Assembly (NCBI GenBank): GCA_963754315.1
Contig: CAVWFS010000007.1
Span: 768,001 to 832,000, forward strand
Length of the DNA: 64,000 nucleotides
DNA from: an uncultured Candidatus Rokubacteria bacterium
GTDB lineage: Bacteria; Methylomirabilota; Methylomirabilia; Rokubacteriales; CSP1-6
Direction: 5' to 3'
Part shown: positions 51,051 through 60,639 of the stretch, one piece after another
Layout of the letters: the number at the start of each line of letters is the position of its first letter
How positions within the stretch are numbered: the first letter of the stretch is position 1
The notes under the pieces: model-generated
Database searches by the model: none
What the model was told of the DNA's origin: nothing
What the model saw: only the letters and a program-made list of their open reading frames with translations
Program-made: the position numbers and the translations under genes

Positions 51051-51824
51051 CTACGAGGTGAGAGCGGTCATCAAGTCCGCGAGCGCTCCGCCGGTGGCCA
51101 ATCCGTTCACGGTGCGGATGACACGCTCGGCCTGCGCGGCGGACATGGCAAGGGTGGCATTGCCGCGGAACTTTGCCTCCAACTCACCCTGCGACATCGG
51201 CATGTCGGGGCCGCCGCGCGGACGGTCCTGTCGCGCGCGCAGAACCCGTCCGTCGTTCAAGGTGATCTCCACGTCGCCGACGAACTGCCGAGGATAGTCG
51301 ATGGCGGCATCCAGCTCGTACGTGACCCGCTCCGCCACCTGCAAAACGTGAGGATCGCGCACGGCCACGTCCGTGAACTCGGCGAGGCCGACCCTGCCCT
51401 TGACCACGATCGCTGCCAGCAGGTACGGCAGACTGAACTTTGCCGCGTAACCGTTGGGCGGCGCGTGCTTGGCCGCGAGCGGCTCCCACAGCCGCGGCAC
51501 CGGCCCGGCCGCCGTGCGACAGCGGATGGCCTCGATCTCGTGTGACCGGACGCCGTGCTCCTCACGCAAGCGGAGCGCACAGTCCATGTACGGCTGAGCA
51601 ATCGAGCCACACGGATAGAGCTTGAACGTGAGGTTCTGTCCTAGAGGCGACCGAGCGGCTGCCAGACAGTTGCCGAGCGTGTCGAGCGTGAGCAGGGTAG
51701 CCTGGGAAATCACGCGCTCCGGCACCGCGTCAAGCGCGAGACCGACTACAAACCGCGCCAGGCGTCTGGCCGCCGGGGGGCGCGTGGGCTCACCGCCGGA
51801 ATGCGTAGGGGACGAGAGGGTCAA
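51051..51824 (-). pseudogene. MmgE/PrpD family gene with a large in-frame internal deletion
   Basis: N-terminus 'LARFV..L....VP..V.......LDTLGN.LA' joins directly to 'TFKLYPCG', 'AKFSLPY', 'PRGGPD.PMS..EL.AKF'. Only ~257 aa, while the family is usually ~450 aa. Confidence 0.7.
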
Positions 51825-51872
51825 CTCCGCTCGGCCGCTCAGCGATGCCGCCCGGAGCCCGGCGCCACGCGC

Positions 51873-52805
51873 CTATCCGGCAAGCCGTTGCAGGAACTCG
51901 GCGTTCGTCCGCGTGAGCTTGAGGCGTTCGAGCAAGCTCTCCATCGCATCGACCGGTTTCATCTCGGCCAGCAGGCGGCGCAGGAGCCGCCCGCGCGTCA
52001 TCTCGTCTGGTGTGAACAGCAGCTCCTCGCGGCGCGTGCCCGAGCGTATCACGTCGAAAGAGGGGAAGATGCGTCGGTCGGCCAGATCACGCGAGAGAAA
52101 GAGCTCCAGGTTCCCGGTCCCCTTGAACTCCTCGAAGATGATGTCGTCCATGCGGGAACCGGTGTCCACCAGCACGGTCCCCACGATCGTGAGTGAGCCC
52201 CCGGCCTCGATGGCGCGCGCGGCGCCAAAGAAGGCGCGCGGACCCAGGAGAGCCTGGGAGTCGATCCCGCCTGACATCGTTCGGCCCCCGGACGGCCGCT
52301 GATTGTTGTAGGCGCGCGTCATGCGAGTGAGCGAGTCGAAGAGGACCAGCACGTCGCGGCCCTGCTCGACCATCCGCTTGGCCTTGTCCAGAACCTGCTC
52401 GGTGAGCTGCACGTGCTGTCGTGGGGACTGATCGTTGCTCGAGGCAAAGATCTCGGTCGATTTCCCGAGGAGCATCCGGAAATCGGTCACCTCCTCGGGG
52501 CGCTCGTCGACCAGGAGAATGATCACCGCCACTTCCTGGTGATTGACCAGCACGGCCTTCGCGATCTGCTGAAGCAGGATGGTCTTCCCCGTCCGTGGCG
52601 GCGCCACGATGAGGCCGCGCTGGCCCTTTCCGATGGGGGCGACGAGGTCCATGACGCGCATGGACAGCTCGCCTGGCTCCGTTTCCAGCCGGAGCCGCTG
52701 GTGGGGCTGGACGGCCGTCAGAGTGTCGAACAGGGATGGGGGACGCTCGGGACGATGAGACCCCCGAGGGGGTCGAGGGCCGCGCCCAGGATACCGACGA
52801 GCCAC
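51873..52805 (-). CDS. rho: Transcription termination factor Rho-like ATPase lacking the N-terminal RNA-binding domain
   Basis: PIGKGQRGLIVAPPRTGKT, LLVDERPEEVTD, DSLTRMTRAYN, DTGSRMDDIIFEEFKGTGN, SGTRREELL. In-frame TGA five codons upstream of the GTG start. Confidence 0.85.
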   Translation of the reverse strand: MARRYPGRGPRPPRGSHRPERPPSLFDTLTAVQPHQRLRLETEPGELSMRVMDLVAPIGKGQRGLIVAPPRTGKTILLQQIAKAVLVNHQEVAVIILLVDERPEEVTDFRMLLGKSTEIFASSNDQSPRQHVQLTEQVLDKAKRMVEQGRDVLVLFDSLTRMTRAYNNQRPSGGRTMSGGIDSQALLGPRAFFGAARAIEAGGSLTIVGTVLVDTGSRMDDIIFEEFKGTGNLELFLSRDLADRRIFPSFDVIRSGTRREELLFTPDEMTRGRLLRRLLAEMKPVDAMESLLERLKLTRTNAEFLQRLAG

Positions 52806-52931
52806 GCTAGACGGGAATCATAGGGAATGTCTCTGACCCGCTCATTCTAGTGCACTCGAGGCTCCAGGTCACCCTTTGTCTCCCCGTGGCCGTCCTGGAC
52901 CGCACCGCTCCCCGCAGGCACGGGGGCTACA

Positions 52932-54452
52932 ATGTCGATCGTGCGGGAGGCGGCCGCGCAGCGCGTCTTGTTGATCCGGGCCATCGAGGAGGTGGACCGG
53001 GATGGACGACTCCTCTCTCCCGAGGAACGTACCCGCATCACGGTGGCGGTCCACGCGACCGCCCAGGGGCCCCCCGCGCTGATGCTCGAGCAGCGCGCGG
53101 TACGCCTGATCGAGAATCTAGCCGAGCGGGCCCCCTGGATCAACGCGGTTCTGAACGCGACGCGCCCGCCCGCGACCGTCGCGTGGGTCCTCCTCGTGGC
53201 CGCTTGCCTCATCGGAGTGCTGAGCGACACTCTCGGCCCCGAACGTCGGGTCAATATCCTGTCCGTTCCCCTGCTCGGGCTGATCTTGTGGAATCTTGGT
53301 GTCTACGTAGCCCTCGCCGCCTGGTGGCTGGCGCGCGCACTCCGCCCGCCATTGCAGCGGGCAGACATGAGCCACCCCTCTGCGGGCTGGGTTGCCCTGG
53401 CGACGAGCTGGGCGAACTGGCGCGCACGGCGTCCGCTCCGCGCCCGCACGGAGGGGGCCCGTCTCGTCGGGCAGGTCGTGAACGCCTACGTGGGTTACTG
53501 GCGGCGCCTCGCCACGCCCCTCGTGGCCGCTCGCGTACGCGGCCTCCTGAACCTGGGCGCCGCGCTGATCGCCCTTGGTGTCCTGGTTGGAACCTACTGG
53601 CGAGGTATCGCGTTCGAGTACCGGGCTACGTGGGAGAGCACGTTTCTGGACCCCCATGCCCTGCGAGCCATTCTCGCTGCCCTGCTCGGCCCGTCGAGTC
53701 TCCTGCTCGGCGAGCCGATTCCCTCGGCCGCGGTTCTGGCCGCCATGCGCGCACCGGCCACGGGCGAGGCGGCCCCCTGGATTCATCGCTACGCGCTGAC
53801 GACCTTGCTCCTGGTCGTTGGCCCGCGCATGCTGCTGGCCGCGGGCGCCTTCGCGCGTGCCGGGCGACTCGCTGCCAACCTTCCTGTCGACCTGGGCGAG
53901 CCCTACTTCAGCCGTCTAACACCAGGCAGGGGTCAGCGGACCCACGTCGAGATCCTGCCCTATGGGATCACCTTCACACCCGGAGCAGAGGACACGCTCC
54001 GCGATCTCGTCCGGGACCTCGTCGGTGCTGCCGCCGACGTGCGCGTCGCGGACACAATGCCCTACGGGGCCGAGCCGGAGGCCGCATGGGAGGCAAGCCC
54101 TGGGACAGGCGGCGGCAGCGAGCAGTGGCGGCTGCTCGTCTTCAGCCTGGCCCAGTCCCCCGAGGATGAGGTGCACGGTGCCGTGATCGCACGACTCGCC
54201 GCCTGGGTGTCCGAGGTAAAGCCGGGAATCCGACGTGCCCTCGTCGTCGTCGATGCGTCATCCTATCGTCTGCGCCTGGCGGGATCAGGGGCCGAGGGGG
54301 TACGCGTGGCCGAGCGGCAGCGCGCCTGGGACCTCGTCGCTCGGCGGGCGGGATCGACCATCGTGCATCTGGATCTCGCACGTGATGTCGCCGACGATCA
54401 GGTACTCACCCGTCTGCGGCGCAGCGTGTGGCCCCCCCTGGCCGCTGCCTAG
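52932..54452 (+). CDS. DUF2868-like membrane protein
   Basis: Multiple TM helices, 'RVNILS.PLLGL..WN', 'Y.ATWESTFL', 'VGPR.LLA', 'PEDEVHG'. Adjacent to a DUF3482-type GTPase. Confidence 0.7.
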   Translation: MSIVREAAAQRVLLIRAIEEVDRDGRLLSPEERTRITVAVHATAQGPPALMLEQRAVRLIENLAERAPWINAVLNATRPPATVAWVLLVAACLIGVLSDTLGPERRVNILSVPLLGLILWNLGVYVALAAWWLARALRPPLQRADMSHPSAGWVALATSWANWRARRPLRARTEGARLVGQVVNAYVGYWRRLATPLVAARVRGLLNLGAALIALGVLVGTYWRGIAFEYRATWESTFLDPHALRAILAALLGPSSLLLGEPIPSAAVLAAMRAPATGEAAPWIHRYALTTLLLVVGPRMLLAAGAFARAGRLAANLPVDLGEPYFSRLTPGRGQRTHVEILPYGITFTPGAEDTLRDLVRDLVGAAADVRVADTMPYGAEPEAAWEASPGTGGGSEQWRLLVFSLAQSPEDEVHGAVIARLAAWVSEVKPGIRRALVVVDASSYRLRLAGSGAEGVRVAERQRAWDLVARRAGSTIVHLDLARDVADDQVLTRLRRSVWPPLAAA

Positions 54453-54458
54453 AATGTC

Positions 54459-55955
54459 GTGACCCCGGTCTCGGTAACCCTGAGCCTGATCTCCCACACC
54501 AACGTCGGGAAGACGACGCTGGCCCGAACGCTCCTGCGTCGCGACGTCGGCGAGGTACGCGATCAGGCCCACGTCACCGAGCGAAGCGAACGCTACACCT
54601 TGGCGGAGTCGGATGGAAGCCAGCTCGTCCTGTGGGATACGCCCGGCCTCGGAAACACAGTCCGGCTGATGGGGCGCCTACGGGGACAGTCGAACCCGAT
54701 CGGGTGGCTGCTCAGCCAGGTGTGGGACCGCCTTACCGACCGACCGTTCTGGTCGAGCCAGCAAGCGATCCGCAACGCACGTGACGAGGCCGACGCCGTT
54801 CTGTATCTCGTCAACGCGGCGGAGGAGCCCGAGCAGGCCGCCTACGTAACCACCGAGCTCGAGTTGCTCACCTGGATCGGCCGGCCCGTGCTGGTCGTCC
54901 TCAATCAGACCGGTCCCGCGCTCCCGATGCTCGCCGGTGAGCCGGGGGCCGTCGAGGCGAGGCGGCTCGAACAGATCTGGCGCGAACATGCCGCCCCCTG
55001 GCCGATCGTGCGCGACGTGTTGGCGCTCGACGCCTTCTCTCGGTGCTGGGTCCAGGAGAGTGTCCTCTTCATGCGGCTTCTGCCGCTACTGCCCCCGGAG
55101 AAGCAGCCGACGCTCGAGGGCTGTGCCGCCGTTTGGCGTGAGCGCAGCCTGGTCGTTCTGCGCGGCGCGCTGGGGCAAATGGCGTCCTACCTGGTGGCCA
55201 CCGCGGCCGACCGAGAGGTCATGGCGGCGCCCCGCCCCGGCGTGTTCGGGCGTCTCGCCGCCCTCGCCCCGGCGGCCAGTCGGCGGGCCATGCGCCAACT
55301 GCGCGAACGGCTGGAGATACGGACGCGGAAGCTGGTGGATGCGCTCGTGGCCGATCACGGATTGGACGGACACTCCAGCCTCAAGCTGCAGGAGCGCCTT
55401 GAGCACTTCGTGGTCATCGGAGCCGAATGGCTCACGCCGGGAAAGGGGGCGATGGTCGGCGGCGCCGTGAGCGGAGCGCTGGGAGGACTGGCGGCGGACG
55501 CGGCGGCCGCCGGCCTCACCTTCGGCGGTGGCGCAGTGCTGGGCGCCATCCTCGGCGCTCTCGGCGGTGCCGGGCTCGCCGCCGGCTACCGTCTCGTGCA
55601 GGGGGAGAGCGAGCCAGGTGTCTCGTGGGCCCCCGCCTTTCTCAACGACCTCTGCCAGCAGACGGTGCTGCGCTACCTGGCTGTCGCGCACTTCGGACGA
55701 GGCCGAGGAGGCTACGAAGACTTCGAGCTACCGGCGCGCTGGGCGGAACTGGTGAACGAGATCCAGGCCGACTACGAGGCGAGCCTCACCGAGATCTGGA
55801 CCCTGAGCGTCCGCGTCGACTCCGCCGCGCTGGTCGAAGCCAAGTCGCGGCTGTTCTCGGTGCTGCAGACCTTGACGACGGCGGTCCTGGCCCGCGGCTA
55901 CCCCGACGCCGCACCCTGGCTCAGTCGCTCCCAAGAAGCAGGAGGACGGTCGTGA
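54459..55955 (+). CDS. P-loop GTPase with DUF3482-like C-terminal domain
   Basis: G1 SHTNVGKTT, G3 DTPG, 'VVLNQ', glycine-zipper 'GGLAAD..AAGLTFGGGA..G', 'YLAVAHFGRGRG'. Confidence 0.8.
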   Translation: MTPVSVTLSLISHTNVGKTTLARTLLRRDVGEVRDQAHVTERSERYTLAESDGSQLVLWDTPGLGNTVRLMGRLRGQSNPIGWLLSQVWDRLTDRPFWSSQQAIRNARDEADAVLYLVNAAEEPEQAAYVTTELELLTWIGRPVLVVLNQTGPALPMLAGEPGAVEARRLEQIWREHAAPWPIVRDVLALDAFSRCWVQESVLFMRLLPLLPPEKQPTLEGCAAVWRERSLVVLRGALGQMASYLVATAADREVMAAPRPGVFGRLAALAPAASRRAMRQLRERLEIRTRKLVDALVADHGLDGHSSLKLQERLEHFVVIGAEWLTPGKGAMVGGAVSGALGGLAADAAAAGLTFGGGAVLGAILGALGGAGLAAGYRLVQGESEPGVSWAPAFLNDLCQQTVLRYLAVAHFGRGRGGYEDFELPARWAELVNEIQADYEASLTEIWTLSVRVDSAALVEAKSRLFSVLQTLTTAVLARGYPDAAPWLSRSQEAGGRS

Positions 55956-57997
55956 ACGCATTCATCGTACGGCCCTTCGGCGCGAAGACCTACATCGACC
56001 CCACCACCAGGGCGCCGGTCACCGTCGACTTCGACACGATCGACCGGGAGCTGATCGATCCGGTCCTGCGCAGGCTCGGCATCATCGGGCGCACGACCGG
56101 GGAGATCGTGGAAGCGGGTAACATCGTCCGCGACATGTTCGAGCTTTTGCTCACCCGCGACCTGGTCATCGCGGACGTCTCGATCCACAACGCCAATGTT
56201 TTCTACGAGCTCGGCATCCGCCATGCCCTGCGCGACAAGCGCACGTTTCTCATTCGCTTCAAGGGCGACCCCATGCCGTTCGACAACCTGACCGAGCGGT
56301 ATTTCGAGTACGACCGCGACAATCCGGGCGCCAGCGTCGACCGCCTGCACGAGGCGCTGGCACGGACACTGGAATCGCCCGGGATGGACAGCCCCGTCTT
56401 CCGGTCGCTACCCGATCTGCACGCCCAGGATCCGGCACGCTTCGTCGCCGTCCCGGCCGACTTTGGCGAGGAGGTGGAGCGCGCGGCGATGGCGAAGCAG
56501 GCCGGTGACCTCAGCCTGCTCGCTCTGGAGGCCGAAGCATTCACGTGGGCTGTCCAGGGGCTCCGTGACGTGGGGCGGGCCCAGTTCTCCCTGAACGCCA
56601 TGGAAGCGGCTCGCCAAACCTGGGAAGCCGTTCGAGAGGTCGACGCAAACGATCTCGAAAGCAACGAGCGGCTGGGGACGATCTTCCAGCGCCTGGGCGA
56701 CCTCGTCCGCTCCAGCCAAGCCCTCGACCGCGTCCTCGCTCATGGCGATCTCGCCGCGTACCGCCGCGCGGAGATTCAGTCGCTGGTGGGTCGCAACGCG
56801 AAGACCTTGTGGCAACGAGACTGGGAGGCGCAGCCGAACGAGCAGGCGCGACGAGAGACGGCGCTGGGGTCACCGTTCCTGCTGAAGTCGTTCGAGGCCT
56901 ACGATCTCGGATTTCTTCTCGATCGCAACCATTTTTACTCGGGCTTGAACGCCGCAGGGCTGCTGACCGTGCTCATCGCCCTCGCGCGTGATCTCGGCCA
57001 GGTCTGGACGGGCGCCTTCGAGTCAGACAAGCAAGCGGCCGATCGGCTGGAAGAGCTTGAAGCCCACCGCGCCAAGCTCGTGGCCGGGGTGGATCTCGCG
57101 TTCGAGACAGAGCAGGCGCGCCTCGACCGAGAAGGGGAGCCCGACATCTGGTTCGAGATCAGCAAGGCCGACCTTGCGTGCCTCGTCTCCAAGCGACCCC
57201 AGTACGTCGCCAACGCCTACCGGCGGGCTCTCGCGAAGGCCCAGGACTTCCATCGCAACTCGGCCGGCCAGCAGCTCGTCCTCTACGAGCAGCTCGGCGT
57301 GCTGCCAGACAATGCCCGAGCCGCGCTCGCCGTCGTCGCCCCACCGGCATCACCCGGGAAGGTGCGGCCGCCCCGGACCATCCTCTTCACTGGCCATCGT
57401 CTCGACGAGCCGGGACGCGCCACGCCGCGGTTCCCGGCCCACCAAGAGGCAAGGGCGCGCGAGGCGATCGAGGCGGCAGTCCGGAGCGAGCGCGACACGG
57501 CAGGGACCGAGATCGTCGGAATCGCCGGCGGCGCGAGCGGTGGCGACATCCTCTTCCACGAGGTATGCCAGGCGCTGTCCATTCCCACCACGCTCTATCT
57601 TCCCTTTCCGGCCGATGACTATGTTGCTGCCTCCGTGCAGGATGCCGGCCCCGGCTGGATCGCGCGATTCCACCAGCTCGCGCAGAGCCTCCCCGCGCGG
57701 GTGCTGCAGGACTCGGCGGCGCTGCCCGTCTGGCTACGCCGCCGGCCGGGCTATACCATCTGGGATCGCAACAATCTCTGGATGCTGCAGAATGCGCTGG
57801 TCAAGGGGGGCGCCCACACAACCGTGATCGCCCTCTGGGACGGAGGCGCCGGCGATGGCCCTGGCGGCACCCAGCACATGGTCGAGACGGCCCGAAAACG
57901 AGGGGCGCGCACGATCGTGCTCGACACGCGCGAGATCTTCGGCACCGGCTCGACCAGAGACCGCACCACCATCCGAAATGCGAGAGGAGAACGCTGA
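55952..57997 (+). CDS. Nucleotide-sensing conflict-type protein: N-terminal NDT/TIR-like (DUF4071-associated) domain, TPRs and a C-terminal SLOG/YspA-like domain
   Basis: GTG overlaps the upstream TGA. 'AFIVRPFG...DLVIADVSIHNANVFYELGIRHALR', 'FYSGLNA', and C-terminal 'LFTGHRLD...RFP', 'GGASGGDILFHE', 'RNNLWML', 'ALWDGG.GDGPGGT.HMV'. Confidence 0.75.
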   Translation: MNAFIVRPFGAKTYIDPTTRAPVTVDFDTIDRELIDPVLRRLGIIGRTTGEIVEAGNIVRDMFELLLTRDLVIADVSIHNANVFYELGIRHALRDKRTFLIRFKGDPMPFDNLTERYFEYDRDNPGASVDRLHEALARTLESPGMDSPVFRSLPDLHAQDPARFVAVPADFGEEVERAAMAKQAGDLSLLALEAEAFTWAVQGLRDVGRAQFSLNAMEAARQTWEAVREVDANDLESNERLGTIFQRLGDLVRSSQALDRVLAHGDLAAYRRAEIQSLVGRNAKTLWQRDWEAQPNEQARRETALGSPFLLKSFEAYDLGFLLDRNHFYSGLNAAGLLTVLIALARDLGQVWTGAFESDKQAADRLEELEAHRAKLVAGVDLAFETEQARLDREGEPDIWFEISKADLACLVSKRPQYVANAYRRALAKAQDFHRNSAGQQLVLYEQLGVLPDNARAALAVVAPPASPGKVRPPRTILFTGHRLDEPGRATPRFPAHQEARAREAIEAAVRSERDTAGTEIVGIAGGASGGDILFHEVCQALSIPTTLYLPFPADDYVAASVQDAGPGWIARFHQLAQSLPARVLQDSAALPVWLRRRPGYTIWDRNNLWMLQNALVKGGAHTTVIALWDGGAGDGPGGTQHMVETARKRGARTIVLDTREIFGTGSTRDRTTIRNARGER

Positions 57998-59031
57998 TGA
58001 AGCTCGGACTGAGTATCGGATACTCCGGCGCCCAGCTGGACCTGCCGGTGGACAAGGTGCTGCTCGCGGAGCGCCTGGGATTCGACTCCGTGTGGACTGC
58101 CGAAGCGTATGGCTCCGACGCTATCACGCCCCTCGCCTATCTCGCCGCTCTGACCAAGCGCATTCGACTCGGGACCGGGATCATGCAGCTGGCTGCCCGC
58201 CCTCCCGCAACGGCTGCCATGGCCGCCGGAACCCTGGCGGCCCTTGCCGGTGGTGATCGGGTCATCGCGGGCCTCGGCGTGTCGGGGCCGCAGATCGTCG
58301 AGGGATGGTACGGCCAGCCCTGGGGCCGGCCGTACTGGCGCCTGCGTGACTACGTCGCCATCATGCGCAAGATCTTCGAGCGCAAGGAGCCCGTGCGCCA
58401 TGACGGACGCGAGATCTCGCTCCCGTATACCGGTCCCGGGACGCTCGGCGTTGGGAAACCGCTCACGTCGATCCTGCACATGAACCCGCGCTTGCCCATT
58501 TGGCTCGGTACCGGCACCGAAGCCAACGTGAAGCTCACGGCCGAGATCGCCGATGGCTGGCTGCCGCTCGGCTTCGTGCCGCGCCTGATGCCGATGCTCC
58601 GTCCGTGGCTCGAGGAAGGATTTCGCCGGGCGGGCGGCGGCAAGTCGTGGGCGAGCCTCGAGATCCAGCCCCGCGCCGACGTGGTGATCACCGACGATGT
58701 GCGGGGCGCCCTCGCCCGCATGAAGCCGCGCGTGGCGCTCTACGCAGGCGGCATGGGACACCGCGACACGAACTTCCACAAGGACATGATGGTTCGGCGC
58801 GGCTTCGGCGACGCCGCCCAGCGTATCCAGGAGCTCTACCTCGCCGGCCGGAAGGCAGAAGCCATCGAGGCGGTGCCCGACGAGTTCTGCGACGAGGCGG
58901 CGCTGGTGGGCCCGCCGGCGCGAATCCGGGAACGGTATCGCGCCTGGGCCGACTCGGGCATCACCGGGCTCACCATCGTCGCCGAGGATCCGGCGGCGCT
59001 CACGTTGATGGCCGAGCTGGCCCGGAGCTGA
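57997..59031 (+). CDS. LLM-class (F420-dependent-type) oxidoreductase
   Basis: GFDSVWTAEAYGSDA, IRLGTGIMQ, GLGVSGPQIVEGWYG, AEIADGW. Confidence 0.9.
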   Translation: MKLGLSIGYSGAQLDLPVDKVLLAERLGFDSVWTAEAYGSDAITPLAYLAALTKRIRLGTGIMQLAARPPATAAMAAGTLAALAGGDRVIAGLGVSGPQIVEGWYGQPWGRPYWRLRDYVAIMRKIFERKEPVRHDGREISLPYTGPGTLGVGKPLTSILHMNPRLPIWLGTGTEANVKLTAEIADGWLPLGFVPRLMPMLRPWLEEGFRRAGGGKSWASLEIQPRADVVITDDVRGALARMKPRVALYAGGMGHRDTNFHKDMMVRRGFGDAAQRIQELYLAGRKAEAIEAVPDEFCDEAALVGPPARIRERYRAWADSGITGLTIVAEDPAALTLMAELARS

Positions 59032-59042
59032 TGGATGGACAG

Positions 59043-59513
59043 CTAGTGACGCGCGGCCGCGACCTCGCCCGTTTCCATGTCGATCAGGTCCCGCCGGGGC
59101 CCCATCGTCCGCATGGCCTCGAAGCCATCCACGACCATGTCGCAGTAGAGCTCCACGCGGTTACCGTCGGGGTCGTGGAAATAGACGCTCCGGGTCACGT
59201 TGTGCTCGACGGTGGACTCGACCGCGATCCCGAGGTGTCCCAGCTCCCGGTAGGCCGCTTGCAGCTCTTCGAAGCTTCCTACCTGCCACGCCGTGTGGTG
59301 GAGGCCAGGCTGGTGCTCCTGTGGCGCCTCACCCGTGGCCAGCTGGAATAGCGCCAGGTCGTGGTGCTGGACACCAAAGCTGAGGAAGACCGTCCCGCGC
59401 GCGCGATCCTCGTGGGCCACTCTGAGGCCCAGGGCCCGTGTGTAGAATTCCTTGGACTTCTGGGCATCGCGGACCTTCAACACGATATGGCCGAGCTTGC
59501 GTGCCTGGATCAT
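59043..59513 (-). CDS. VOC/glyoxalase family protein
   Basis: LGHIVLKVRD, HHDLAL, GLHHTAW, SVYFHDPDGNRVELY. Confidence 0.88.
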   Translation of the reverse strand: MIQARKLGHIVLKVRDAQKSKEFYTRALGLRVAHEDRARGTVFLSFGVQHHDLALFQLATGEAPQEHQPGLHHTAWQVGSFEELQAAYRELGHLGIAVESTVEHNVTRSVYFHDPDGNRVELYCDMVVDGFEAMRTMGPRRDLIDMETGEVAAARH

Positions 59514-59647
59514 GTCGTTCCTCCCCGCTTCCTGGCAGCCTTTTCGTTCCGACACGACGGCCGCCGTCGGTGCCAGTATAGGCCAGAACGCAGCTCCGGC
59601 GAGAAAAGAGCCAGCCGGCGAACCGGACGCAACGGGAAGGGGCGAGC

Positions 59648-60628
59648 ATGAAGCTTGGATTGAGCCCGCTGCAGGCAGGGGGCGATTTCGAGGAGACGAT
59701 TCGCGAGTGTGAGGAGGCCGAGGCGGCCGGTTTCGATTCAGTGTGGCTCGGGGAGCACCACAACAGCCCCCTGCTCTATCCCACGCCGCTGCTAGGCCTG
59801 GCGGCCATCGCCAGCCGCACGCGCCGGCTGGGCCTCGGGACGGCCGTATTGCTCCTGCCGCTCTACCATCCGTTACGAGTGGCTGAGGAAGCGGCCATGG
59901 TGGACGTGATCTCCGGCGGCCGGCTCATCTTCGGCGTGGGTGTGGGCTACGCGCCCGAGGAGTTTGCCGCCTTCGGCGTGCCGCTCCAGGAGCGCGGCAG
60001 CCGCATGGACGAGGCCGTCCCCTTGATCAAGCGACTCTGGTCGGAGGAGACGGTCACTCATCACGGCACGCACTATCAGGTGACGAACGCGACCGTGCGG
60101 CCGCGCCCCGTGCAACGCCCGCGTCCACCGCTCTGGTTCGCCGGCTGGGTGCCGCCGGCCATCCGACGGGCTGCACGACTCGGTGACGCTTGGCTCGGCG
60201 GCCCTTCGGCGCGGCTGGATGAGCTGGTGAGCTGTGTGCGTCAGTACCGTGAGGCGCGGAAGGAGACGGCGAGGGATCCGGGCGCGGGCGATGTGGCCCT
60301 GATCAGGTACGTTTTCGTCGCCGAGAGCCTGGAGATCGCCCACGCCGTGGCCGGGGAATCGTTCGTTCGATCATTCGAGCAGACGTACTTTCGCTGGCCC
60401 CACCCGGTGGTGAAGCGTCCCGCCGGAGATCTCACGATCGACCGGTTGGCCCACGACCGCATCATCCTGGGTGACCCGACCAGCTGTATCCGGCAGATCC
60501 AGCGCTTTCAGCAGACCCTGGGGCTGACCCACCTGATCTGCCGCCTTTCGGTGGCCGGCATCCCGCGCGAAGCGACGCGGGCCGCGCTGGATCTGTTCAC
60601 CCGCGAAGTCATGCCCGCCGTTGCCTGA
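59648..60628 (+). CDS. LLM-class flavin-dependent oxidoreductase
   Basis: GFDSVWLGEHH, PLYHPLRVAEE, SGGRLIFGVGVGY, PRPVQRPRPPLW. Confidence 0.9.
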   Translation: MKLGLSPLQAGGDFEETIRECEEAEAAGFDSVWLGEHHNSPLLYPTPLLGLAAIASRTRRLGLGTAVLLLPLYHPLRVAEEAAMVDVISGGRLIFGVGVGYAPEEFAAFGVPLQERGSRMDEAVPLIKRLWSEETVTHHGTHYQVTNATVRPRPVQRPRPPLWFAGWVPPAIRRAARLGDAWLGGPSARLDELVSCVRQYREARKETARDPGAGDVALIRYVFVAESLEIAHAVAGESFVRSFEQTYFRWPHPVVKRPAGDLTIDRLAHDRIILGDPTSCIRQIQRFQQTLGLTHLICRLSVAGIPREATRAALDLFTREVMPAVA

Positions 60629-60639
60629 TCGAGTCGGCG

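Noticed and set aside
51636..51660. IS excision scar at the PrpD junction (CTAG present)
   Set aside because: There is no target duplication, inverted repeat or transposase. A single CTAG is not enough evidence.
55427..55951. N-terminal extension of the 856-aa ORF
   Set aside because: It overlaps the GTPase gene out of frame and is low-complexity Arg-rich. GTG 55952 overlapping the upstream stop is the more plausible start.
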